This document shows positions 37,815-49,500 of a stretch of DNA of 64,000 nucleotides, piece after piece. The DNA is from Paraphysomonas bandaiensis. Taxonomy: Eukaryota > Protista > Chrysophyceae. The notes beneath the pieces are model-generated. The model did no database searches and was not told the DNA's origin. It saw nothing but the letters and a program-made list of their open reading frames with translations. The DNA lies in contig CBFFRP010000241.1 of NCBI GenBank assembly GCA_965644295.1, positions 62,001 through 126,000 on the forward strand. Direction: 5' to 3'. Each line of letters begins with the position of its first letter. The stretch's first letter is position 1. A program made the position numbers and the translations under genes.

Positions 37815-38346
37815 GGCCACTAATTATAGTGAGACAAAAGACAAAAAGACAAAAGACATTTTTCTGGAAAAATGTCTTCTGAGCATGAAAAGCTGTAGTT
37901 ATAGGAGGACAAAAGACAGAAATCCGTCGAAAGACAAAATGTCTTTCTGTCTTCGGCCGACAGAAAGACATAAATATGAGCAAATTTATGTCTTTTTGTC
38001 TTCAAGGACAGAAATCGAGAGTGGAAGACATTTTTACACAATGGAGCTTCATTAATAGTTATACACCTCATAAACAGCACCAGGCGCAATGATTTATAGT
38101 CTCAAGCATTGGCAGAAGCTTGCCATTGCTTTGGCAGGCATGGAGACCCATGGTGTCAAGACCACGACGATTACAGAGCTTGGAGAAATATGTCTGTGAA
38201 ACTACTTACGACACGCCGCACTCCTGTCAACAATGAAAGCACTGACATCTACATCAATGAAACCGTATCCCTGACCGAGTATATTCCGGCAGGAACCATA
38301 ACTATTATCAGATTGTGAAAGGTGAAGAGTGTGTGTTGATTTAAAC

Positions 38347-38377
<31 letters not shown>

Positions 38378-40028
38378 CATACATACATACATACATACAT
38401 ACATACATACATACATACATACATACATACATACATACATACATACATACATACATACATACATACAATAAGGAACTCTTTGGAATCAACTCTGAAACTA
38501 TTTGGAAGAAATAAACAACACTGGAAATAAAGAAGGAAGTCAGTCATTAATGAGTGCACTCCAGATTTTGTTATCCTTTTGAATAAGGTATATATATCTT
38601 ATAATGTTATTCAATAGTAATATTTGTTGATGCAGGACGAAACAATACCGTCAGGCGTGCAGATGAGAGAGTTGCTCGTCAAGACGGTGGAGCTCTCCTG
38701 GAATCGTAAAGAAGCTGAAAGGATAAGAAGAGAGCTGGCATAACTCTCGAAGGCGAGGACAATGACACTAACAGCAACGCCAACCAATGGTAACTATCTT
38801 GGTCCGATTGATTGTCTGTTATCCATGCAAGTTCTGTTTGTTTTATACATATGTTGTTACTCTATTATACACGTTAGTTATAATGACGTTTGTCAGTGTC
38901 AGTTTTAAATTCACAACTTTGTTTATTACAATTGACTAATAATTATCACATGATCTAACTGTAAGATGCATTTAATCTTGCATGTAATCACAGATATATT
39001 GAATGGGATCTAACTACACAAACAACTGAAATGTAGTGTGTGTTGTACATATAACATATTGGCAACATATTGTAATAAACTAAATATACACATTCAACTT
39101 CAATATTGGGTTAACAGAAACTCACTTCTATCTTAAGTATCAATTATGATATTGGCAGTCATATGTATAGATATCGTTATATTACAAAATTATAATAATG
39201 ATGTCAGTGCATGCGATCTATCTTCATAACCTGGACTTCGAAAAAAGAGCAAGAATATTACAGGAGAGTTTAAGTGCCATATCTGATGCTGTATAGGAAG
39301 TTAAGGGCAGTAACACCCAGCTCTTTCAACCCAGCTCTTTCAAGGTGTCTGTCACCACGTCGTGCGTATCAGGATTGTGCGCCTCATCTTACTATCATTC
39401 AAATCAGGTGCACTCGCAGAGGCTGAGCGTGTTTATATAAATGTGATGATGATGCTAATCAAGGCAATAAAAAGCATCGTGCTTGAAACATTTGATACGT
39501 AATTCGAAAACGCGTTCTGAATTTCTTGCCTGATGCAGTGTGACATGGTATATAATACAATACCAAAAGTCATACCTTCACAAGTTGTGGGATCTCTTAT
39601 CCTTGCATCCCTCAGCAGGAATCCCCATGGCGTCTTATCGTAGTCAATCCGTTCGTAGACATTTCTTCTTGCAATTATACGATCCTCACTAGACACTCGA
39701 GATTGCTTCAAGAGCTGTTTGATCAAGGATGCCCTCTTCTTTTTATGCAGTGACAACTTCCGGGACAATGCACACACGCGAAATATCATGCTATCAACTT
39801 TACACAGTCACTGTCAATGCTTAATGCTTTGCTTCGCAATATATTCAGTGAGATCAAGCGAACAGAGAATGAAAAGAAATTTGAATTTAAACACAAAAAC
39901 ACTGTTTTGTCTTTTGTCTTTCTGTGTGCACTATAATTACGGCTTCGTTTGCACCCGACAAAAACAATTTTCTTGAAAAAAAATGTCTTTTGTCGTTTTG
40001 TCTTTTGTCTCCACTATAATTAGTGGCC
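37815..40028. mobile_element. Internally deleted PIF/Harbinger DNA transposon
   Basis: TIRs GGCCACTAATTATAGTG(G)AGACAAAAGACAAAA; TTA TSD at 37812-37814 and 40029-40031; subterminal AAGAC repeats; transposase N-terminus on - (KTPWGFLL..KKFRTRFRI); decayed accessory gene on +. Confidence 0.9.
38347..38467. repeat. (CATA)n microsatellite inside the Harbinger element
   Basis: Direct inspection. Confidence 0.98.
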
Positions 40029-40720
40029 TTATCTTCGGATGAAGACACACTTCACTTGCTATTTTTGCTGTATGAACAATGAAGGGATCTGATTGGTGTA
40101 CTCGGATTATACTGCTTTGTATACTGCATATTGCCTATATGTATATGCTGTATAATGGTCCTGGAATACGGACTGTACTTGGTGGTGATGTGTTTGCAGA
40201 GTGTGTTGTATGACACAAGGTACATAAGTACGCAATGATGCAGTTATAGGTACATGTAGGGACTATCACTATACAGCTGCTGTATTATGTATTACTGCTG
40301 AACGCTGATTGGCTAGTCACTGCATTTTTGGTCTGTGGTTGTTGAGTTGGTTTAAGGCTCTTCCTATAGGCCTCTACGTGAATCTTCCAGAAGGTGGATA
40401 TCTCCACAAAATTTGTGAAATGTTGCTGAATTTTCTGTAGAATATTGTTCTTTGTTCTCTGCTGTGTTTCTAGATGGTTCATAGAATGTAAATGGTTCTG
40501 TATGAGTTGTTTGTGTTCTATGTGCTGTCATTATTAAGTTACTAGCCTTGCTGTTAACACGTTTGAGGAGGTGTCTTCAGATAAGTGCTTGGGGGTGCTC
40601 AGGCAGTTGCAGGGCATAGTAATAAGCATATTCATCTCTACATTTGCTATTTTCTTGTCATATTTGCATATTCGTTTCATATATATAGCTGCACCTGGTG
40701 TTATATCCCGGGTTAGGTTA

Positions 40721-41147
40721 CATAAGAGAGTAAAGAAGTGATTATTATATGAAACTGAATTATGAATAATACACATCTATACAATATCAGCGGCTCTAAA
40801 CTTAAACCCAACGATCACATTTCCCTACATTGTATTCCTTACTACAAGTATATACCTTATATATAATATATATATAATAATCACTTCTTTATTCTCTTAT
40901 ATGAGTGAGTGTCTATATCTATGTATAAAGCACCACACTCATATAAGAGAATAAAGAAGTGATTATTATATGAAACTGAATTATGAATAATACACATCTA
41001 TACAATATCAACGGCTCTAAACTTAAACCCAACGATCACATTTCCCTACATTGTATTCCTTACTACAAGTATATACCGTACTACACTTAATATATAATAC
41101 AGGACATATACATATATATACTCTGTATATAAGTGGATAGTCCTACA
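40721..41147 (-). mobile_element. Rearranged LTR related to the chromovirus at 46560-52090
   Basis: Reverse complement begins TGTAGGACTATCCACTTA and aligns along the 46560 LTR; 40721-40856 is a direct duplicate of 40940-41077 with a short inverted segment between. Confidence 0.8.
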
Positions 41148-41524
41148 GTATGTTGATTCTGCCAACAATGTTGCAGATGTTATGACTAAGCCCCTACGCA
41201 AGACAGAATTTAGACATTTCAGATCAATTCTTTTTGGTTGCTCTCATTAAATGCTTGTGTGCTGTGATATTATTGTGTATTAAGTATAGATATGCATTTC
41301 CATATCATTCAGAACGTACGCTTAGTTTAAGGGGGAGAGTTGAAGTATAAACTTCGCTTCCGTAGTTTCCCTATTGCATACGTACGACGTATCTTGAATA
41401 AATGGATATCACATCGCATGAATGCATATCCACACACTTAGTACAATGTATCGACATGTTACATCTGTAATCTCTAATCATTATTTACAATTAATTCACC
41501 AAGTCAATACCTTGTAGTTCAACT
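41148..41524 (+). mobile_element. Second Copia 3' fragment: RNase H end, PPT and short LTR (41338-41524)
   Basis: YVDSANNVADVMTKPLRKTEFRHFR; PPT TTAAGGGGGAG; candidate LTR bounded by AGTTGAA..TTCAACT. Confidence 0.75.
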
Positions 41525-41547
41525 ATAGTAAACCGGCTAGTAGGTAG

Positions 41548-42409
41548 TAGTTATATTTAACCACGGGCAATAAGGAGGCTATATCGTCCCGCGCTCAAAA
41601 TTTTGTAACGAGGGCGAAAAGCCCGAGTTTTAAAATTTAGACAAGGGACGATACTCCTTATCCCTAGGTTAAATTGTAGCTTATCCTCATGACGTTGAAA
41701 AGTTAATATTACATTGTATATCTATTTGTAGCATGCTTGCTGTATTAAGAAATAGATGTTCCCTGATTAACATTAATAACACAAATGAGAACTCATATAG
41801 TTTCAAATCAATGATATGTATATACTGTAAGTGTGATGATAAACGTGAACAGTTGAAGGTGAAAGAGAGGCTTCTTATTGCCTTAATTAGCATCATCATC
41901 ACATTTATATACAGCAGGCTTTACCTCTGCAATTGCACCTGATCGAAAGATGTGTGTATGATATGAGACACACAATATCCTGAGAAGCACGATATGGCTC
42001 AAACCCTGAAAGAACTGGCTGCCACTGCTCCTAACCACCTATATAGCATCAGATATGGTACTTAAACTCTCCTGTAATGTTCTTAAAGTTGTTTCGAAGT
42101 CCTGGATATGAAGACAGATCACTTGCACTGACATCGTTGTGATCTTATACAGCAGTCGAAGGATGGAATATAACTTGGAGTTAGATGATCTGCTCTTGGT
42201 GTTTCGCTCATGATTGTGGTTTCTCTATAATTGTGTACTATAATGAAATCACATATATACGACTGTCATTATCATAATGAAGATAGAAGTGAGCTTCTGT
42301 TGAACCGAATATTGAAGTTGAATGTCTATATTTGCCCGGTGCTGATATGAGCGCCTGTTGAGACAAAATCAAGTCAAAAAAAGCTTTTTTTGAGACAAAA
42401 TAGGGATAA
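41548..42409. mobile_element. Non-autonomous element E2, inverted copy of E1, right end clipped
   Basis: Reverse-complement match to 35762-36626. Confidence 0.7.
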
Positions 42410-42557
42410 TCTCATATATTTATGTGACATAAGCTTTTAGTGCATATGCTTACTTTTTAAGACTTATGTCTAGTTCTAGAAATATACTTGCTGATATTAG
42501 GAGCAGTTACTTATGAGTGAACAAACTGTACTTATAAATAATAAACATATCTTATTA

Positions 42558-45038
42558 CAGTTCGTTCACTCATAACTATCAGCAAGTATATTTCTAGAAC
42601 TAGACATAAGTCTTAAAAAGTAAGCATATGCACTGAAAGCTTATGTCACAAAGATATATGAGACAAAGTTTTAGCTTCTACCTACAAGCCGTTTTACTAT
42701 ACCGTTAAGATAAGTGAAAGTGAACAGTTCAAAATTCGTGATTTTTACCCTTACAAAATATGGCCCTAATCCATATCACCATTCCTGTGAATAGTGAAGT
42801 GTACAGCCACCTCAGATGGGTTCTGTACATCTTCCATTCCTTTCAGACATAAACTTAGGGTTATTTGCTAGTATATTCTCTCTATTGTCATCGTCAGGTA
42901 CAGTTACATTGTCATACACACCACCCAACAAATTATCCTGTCTGAGCCAGATATTCATACAATCATGCGCATGTCTAACCAAAGAATCACACTTAATCGT
43001 TACAGAATGCTTTTTGAAGAAGTCTTGTATCCACTTCATGTCTCTACCAGAAAAGTACCTTCGTCCAATGCTATTTTTGATGTTTGCCCAGTAGAGTTCT
43101 ATCGGTTGGAAATTACACATGTAAGGTGGGGTAAATATCACCTCCCAACCAAGCTCTGCAAAGCGACATTCTACCCAAGTCAGCAAGTCGCGAGGCTTGT
43201 AATCAGCTAGAATGTCGTGAACAGCCTCTTGAAGCTCCCTGAGAGATGGACCTGCTGGAGAATTTGGAAACCCTCCATGCCTAGGCACTTCAAACTGAAG
43301 CAGCGTGCCATTCCTGTTGACAGTAATACGGGACCCCCTAGGCAGACACTTGCGCAAATGCAGCGTACACTCACTCTTGCTGAGACGATGTGGGTTAATC
43401 ATGCCTCCCATATGGTAGGGGGCATTGTCCAATACTAGTATGCAAGGGGTACCAGGATACTTTCTCTTCCATGTTGGAACAAAACAACAGTTAATCCATT
43501 TCTGAAACGAATCGAAATTCATGGCAGTGTGGTAGTCTCCTGATTTTGTATAGAGGAAGGACCACAACGTCGACCATAATTTACCTTTTTCATTCTCTAA
43601 TTGCCAACGAATTGCACCATCAGAAGTAATTGCATCGACAATTATCAAACGATCTCCCTTAGACGACTTTGTTCCTTGCCGTGTCACTCCTTTGGGTCCT
43701 ATGCCAGTCTTCCTGCTATGATATCTCCACACCCATGTCTCATCCATGTATGCAATGCAGGCACTCCCTTGTTTTTCCTTTTTAATTGCATCTGTAGAGA
43801 CGCTAATGTTAATACACACCATAACAAGTAATAAATGTTACGGTATCACAGCACATACATCATCATCGGTTTTTGTATATAAAATAACAAAATTTCTTCA
43901 ACAATAACGTACCACTATACAACAGCATAAATCGTCGGATTTGCAGTGTTATTTTTACTGAAGTAGTGTTATACGGAATGACACCATTAACATAATCAAA
44001 GTCAAAGCACATTCGTTTTCGTAAAGCGGTGTATGACACTTTGATGTCAAATTGGTTCTCGAGATACCGATGCAGGTCCGCATATGTATGCCTTACACCA
44101 TCCCGCAATTCATTCATAATGTAGTCATGACATGAAATAAGCATCTCTTTCTGAATTTTCATGTGCTCATAAACATAGGCCTTGCTGCCTGTACCTCGAG
44201 TTGGTGCTATACTGCACGGGGTACAGTACACTTCTTGACCATTTGTGTCATACTCCTGAATGATATGTCCAACAGTCGTGTCGCTCATCTGTAATGCGTC
44301 AGCAGTAAATTTAATGGCTGCGGTGTGATTGCTTGCTCTCTTCTTCATAATAACATTAGAATAGATGCGTAAGACATTAACAACATCATCGAATGATGCC
44401 AATTGGCCCTGAGGTCGACATAGCTCCTCCCGAATGGCAACAGCCCTGTCTCTGAAGTCACACTGAACTTCTGCTTTTTCCTCCACCACCTCAGGGTCTT
44501 CTTGGACTAATTCTTCCTCTATCCCTACTGGACGTCGCCTTGCACGTAATTCTCTTTTCTCTCTATTCTTCCTGCCTTTTGACCGTGCATTGTATCCACT
44601 GCAGACCTCTTTCCACGGGATGATTTTCTGACAGATTTTGATCTTTTGTTAATCGCCATGTTTGAAACAAGCAGGCCCTTAAATAAAAATACCCAACGTG
44701 AGATTGTCACCAGTGATGTTGCGATACTTACCACGAAATATGGAGTTCGTTTGAGGTGAAATGCAAAATATATATTTTGCACGCCACCAGACCTCGAAAA
44801 TTTTGGGACCACTGTGTTGGCATCATTCTAATATTGGACATAGAGTATGAATGAGATATCTTAAGCATGCAAATGGAAGCCTGTGACCTGATTGACAGTG
44901 TCAAGGCGGTTTGGAAGGGTGTGTGGGAGCAGTCGTGGTGAAATTGAGAGATTTCCTGAAATATTATCAAACTCAATAACTGAAAAAAACGTAACTGTCG
45001 ACCGTTTTTTGAGCAGTTAGTTATGAGTGAACGAACTG
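42558..45038 (-). mobile_element. Tc1/mariner-related DNA transposon of the long-spacer (Sailor/DD82E-like) type
   Basis: TIRs CAGTTCGTTCACTCATAACTA; TA TSD at 42556-42557 and 45039-45040. Confidence 0.9.
42812..44659 (-). pseudogene. DD109E transposase, one intron (about 43794-43913), with an N-terminal frameshift near 44600
   Basis: YMDETW, KGDRLII, GDYH..MN, LVLDNAPYH, TPPYMCNFQPIELYWA; the ATG 44659 frame stops at 44525 while the -1 frame continues into the 43863-44489 ORF. Confidence 0.82.
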
Positions 45039-45379
45039 TACTATTATGAAAACTTCTTGCAAACCACTCGATTAACATTTCGGGACAAATTAACATTAAA
45101 AATACTCGTAGAATATAGCTTTCATTCAAAAGTCCCAAATTTGAACATATTCCCCACGTTTGTCGTAAGGTTGCCTCACTACAAGTTTAGCCTTTTTATG
45201 CGAGATCATAGAGCCACAGAAGATAAAGAAGACGAGAAGACGACGCTAAAAACAAAATAAAGACGACGATGCTGAATTTAATATCTCTATCAATGCCAAA
45301 GCTCCCCGAGAAGTGACACACATATTGCAAATATAACCTATGTGTTAAATTAAACTGTCTGTTCGGAAAAAAGGACAAC

Positions 45380-45825
45380 CACACTGTGCAACCAATACAC
45401 GTCATGCACTATTGTTTCTCAGTGAGTCTCTTGCATGCATTCGGCTCAACGAGAGAATATAAGTGTAGCATATACAACATTCCCATCACACAACCAAGCA
45501 TACTATATTCACTCAGCTAACACACGTAGCAGCAGTATTACTGTACAACATATACCCATCACACAACCAATACACGTGATGTACTATTGTCTCTCAGTAC
45601 AACATGAGCCTCTTGCACGAACTCGGCTCAACGAGAGAATATAAGTGTAGCATAACCATATACAACATACCCATCACACAACCAATACACGTCATACACT
45701 ATCTCTTGGTGCACCCTGCCTGAGCATACTATATTCACTCAGCAAACACACGTAGCAGCAGTATGACTGTACAACATATAGACACTGTGCAACCAATACA
45801 CGTCATGCACTATTGTTTCTCAGTA
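45380..45825. repeat. Complex local duplications of the 3' end/3' UTR of the adjacent kinase gene
   Basis: caaccaatacacgtcatgcactattgtttctcagt and cggctcaacgagagaatataagtgtagcat recur. Confidence 0.75.
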
Positions 45826-46559
45826 CAGCTAACAGCTCTCTAAACGTCAAGTCTATCAATTTTTTTTGGTTGCTGGCCAAGCGTTGCCATTGAGCTGAAT
45901 ATGTATCCTTTTCCAAGGATAGCACCGCAAGATAGAGGCGATCAAGCTCAACTCCAAAATGTAAATGCTCGCGTCCAATATACTCAATTAGTGCAGTTTC
46001 AATATTTTCCACGAATTTTTCTTCGTCAAGGCAATGAGATGCATCCCAGTCAATAATTTTAATCTCAACCATACCAGCGCTTTTATTATGTAGCCACATA
46101 ACATTAGACAGGTAGAGGTCCACATGAATCACCCCGGCTCTGTGAATGCTCTCAACCGCTTCAGTCAAGGCTTTCACATATAAATCATAAACATCTTCGT
46201 TTGTGATTCGATTTGGGGCTCCAATCCGGAAACCAAGCTTCGTCAGGTCTCTGTATATTAGCTGATAACACTCATTAGACGCGTTATCAGGTGTACGAAT
46301 AGACAACGGATACTCCGCGAAGGGGCGAGACTCGGGAGATGCGTACACCAGGTTAAGAGACTCGATCATGTGGTGAATGCCCTTCTCTATGTCAAGATGA
46401 TCTGCATTGTGCACGGCAAACAAACCCAGCCCATGTTTATACACATCACGAGACAACGTCTTAATATAGTATGCACCATCAACATCCAGCCGAAGTGGTG
46501 CACGCACAGCACTTGAAGGTTTGATGCTCTGAAGTAATTCGTAGAGTTTCTCGCAGTGT

Positions 46560-49500
46560 TGTAGGACTATCCACTTACATATAGAATATATACGTGTACT
46601 TGTCCTGTATTATATGATTAGTAGTACAGTACTGTATTGTATACGTGTACCATGTAGTTAGGAATACAAACTGTAGGGAATGTGATTGTTGTTGGGATTA
46701 GAAATAGCCGTTGATATTGTAGACAGTATTATTAGCCGTTGATATTGTAGACAGTATTATTCATGATTCATTATACGATAATAATCATTATTTTGTACTT
46801 CTGTACTTGAGTATTGCTTTGCACACATACACATATGTATGCAAGCCCACAGTAATATTACTTTATAAGTAGTACTCAATCTCTGTGATATAACAATATT
46901 ATGGGGGAAAGTAAGAGAAGCAAGATAAGAGCAGCTCCTCAAATAGAGGAATTGTTAGCTGCTTCGGGTTCTTCGTCTAAAAAGACAAAGAGAGAGAGAG
47001 AATCCTCTCGAAAACGAGCAAGAGATGTAACTACATCATCTCAAATGCAATCTTCTCCTCAAACTGAGACATCAGTAGAGGCGGAAGGAGAATTGAGTGG
47101 AGTATCATTTCGTGAGCTCTCTTCTTCTCAACCAAAGAGAAAGAAGCAAAGGAGTGGAGATCCGCACCCCAACAGGAGTGAGCGCATTGACTTGAATGAA
47201 GTCATTGCGACGGAATCTACTCCACATGAAGTAATCAATACCGACTCTATTCCCTACTTAGGTAGTGTGCAAGATGAGGATATCATCGAATTTTGTGAAA
47301 ATCTCTCGAAAAGAGATCCTAAAGGGACAAAATTCATAAGGTCAGAAATCATGGCACCAACAGTGCGTGATATGCTTCAGTTCCAGCGACAGCAGGATTT
47401 TGGAGATGAGTCTGACGAGGACTGGCTAGATCCAAACATTGTAACTACTGAGGAATTGATTCAGTGGTTAAAGCAAGCCTTTCTAGAGGAAGAGGAGCGA
47501 TACTCTGATACATTGGAGCCTCTTCCTAGGTTCATAGATAATATCATTGGACCAAAAGTTAAGGTGGATATTCATGTTCCTAAAGTATTCTTAAAAGAAT
47601 ATGGACGTCTGAATGAGCTTTATAAGCTCATTCCGGAGGCAAGTCTCACAGAGGTAGCCTCGGATACCATAGTCAAAACCCTCAAGAAAAACATCAAACT
47701 TGTGGGCGGACATTCCTTCAGAAAGGATGCCAAAGAGAAATTTATAGCGGATATAGGCCAGGGTCAATCTGCACCAAAAGATTTCGGAGCATTCTGTAGA
47801 AAGGTGCGAGAGCTTAACAATGACTATAGTCAAGCTGTGAGAAAAGTAAAGAGGATGGAAACTAAATTGGATTCCAAAGAAACATCTAAGTCTAACAAGA
47901 CTAAGAATACAAAAACTTCATCCTCCAGCTCATCCTCAAGTACTAAAGCAACAACTGATACTAAGGAAGCATGTTGGATATGCGGTAATCTTCATAAAGG
48001 TGACTGCACCCGCAAAACCTGTGCATGGGCTAACCATGAAAAGAAGCCATGGAAAGATTCCACACAGGGCAAAAAATATGCGGCTATGGGTTGGAGTACC
48101 TGCCCTTATGTGGAGAATCCTGATGGTCCTCCGAGATCGAAAACAAGTAAGTTATCATGCCCTAAGTGTTTATATATAAATGCTATTGACATGAATAATG
48201 ATATGCTCGATGTCTTTGTATGTCCTAGAGCTGATGTCAATGTACAACAGGTAAAGGAAAATCTAAGGGCTAAAGCCTTATTGGACACGGGGGCTACTGG
48301 GAATAATTTCATTAACCAAGAACTTGCTGATATGTTAGTTGCTAGGTATAATATTCCATTGCACGAGTGTAACATTAAAATTTGTAGTGCGCTTGATAAT
48401 GCTTGTTGTAGTAGCAAGCAATATATGATAATAACTATAAGATTAACTGATGAGTATAACAATACTCTTGATATTGAGTTGCAATGTTTGATAATAGATA
48501 GCACCTTTGATATCATAATTGGTAGAGAAACTATCAAGAAATATAGATTAGTTGATCATTTTCCATCTCACTTTATGGAAAGAGAGTTAGCAGGGAAAAT
48601 GCTAGCTACGGCCGCGGGCCATGCTGAGAAGACTCAGCTTCTCTCGGAACATATTAGTGAGAGAGCCACATGTTATAATAACATGGAAACATTAAGGCGC
48701 CAAGCTAAGGAACACCTTAGTTATAATAATAATTTACTTACAAGTAATAGCTTGGTTAGTACTATGTATTCACCTCCAATATCATCCATGCGTATAAGTG
48801 CATATGAAAAGGAAGATATAGGCGAGATTAGAGATAACTATCTGGAGTCAATTCCAGAAGAAATAGTTACAAATACTCAGGAAAAGGTAGAAGGTACTAC
48901 GTTACCAACTAAAATCTCTGGTCCCGAATCTTTACAAAGGAGGGTGAGAGAAATCCATGAAATCTATAAGGATAGATTTAAAACCACAGTGTCGGATATG
49001 CCAATGGATGTCCCACCTTTTGAATTAGAGGTAGATAGGGATGCCTGGGAACAACCAAAGCATTGTGGTCCACCACGAAAGATGGATCGAGTACGACAGT
49101 ATGCTTGTAAAAAGCAACTCGATACATTTGTGGAGCATGGAATAATACAACCAAGTACGGCTCCTTATTATAGCCAGGTATTATTAGTTCCCAAACCAAA
49201 TGATAAATGGCGATTCTGTGTAGACTATAAAAGTCTAAACAAGCACACACAGAGGGAACGTTGGCCAATACCTAACATCAAAGAAATGTTAGAACGTATT
49301 GGGTCTAAGAAACCCAAATATTTCATAATTCTGGATTTAGTATCTGGTTATTACCAGGCTAAAATTTCAGAGTACTCGAGGAAGTGGACGGCATTTATAA
49401 CCTTCTGGGGAGTATTCGAATGGCTCCGACTACCCATGGGTTTGAGTGGTGCTCCATCATACTTTCAACGAGTATTAACAACAATTGTGCTTGCCGGGTT

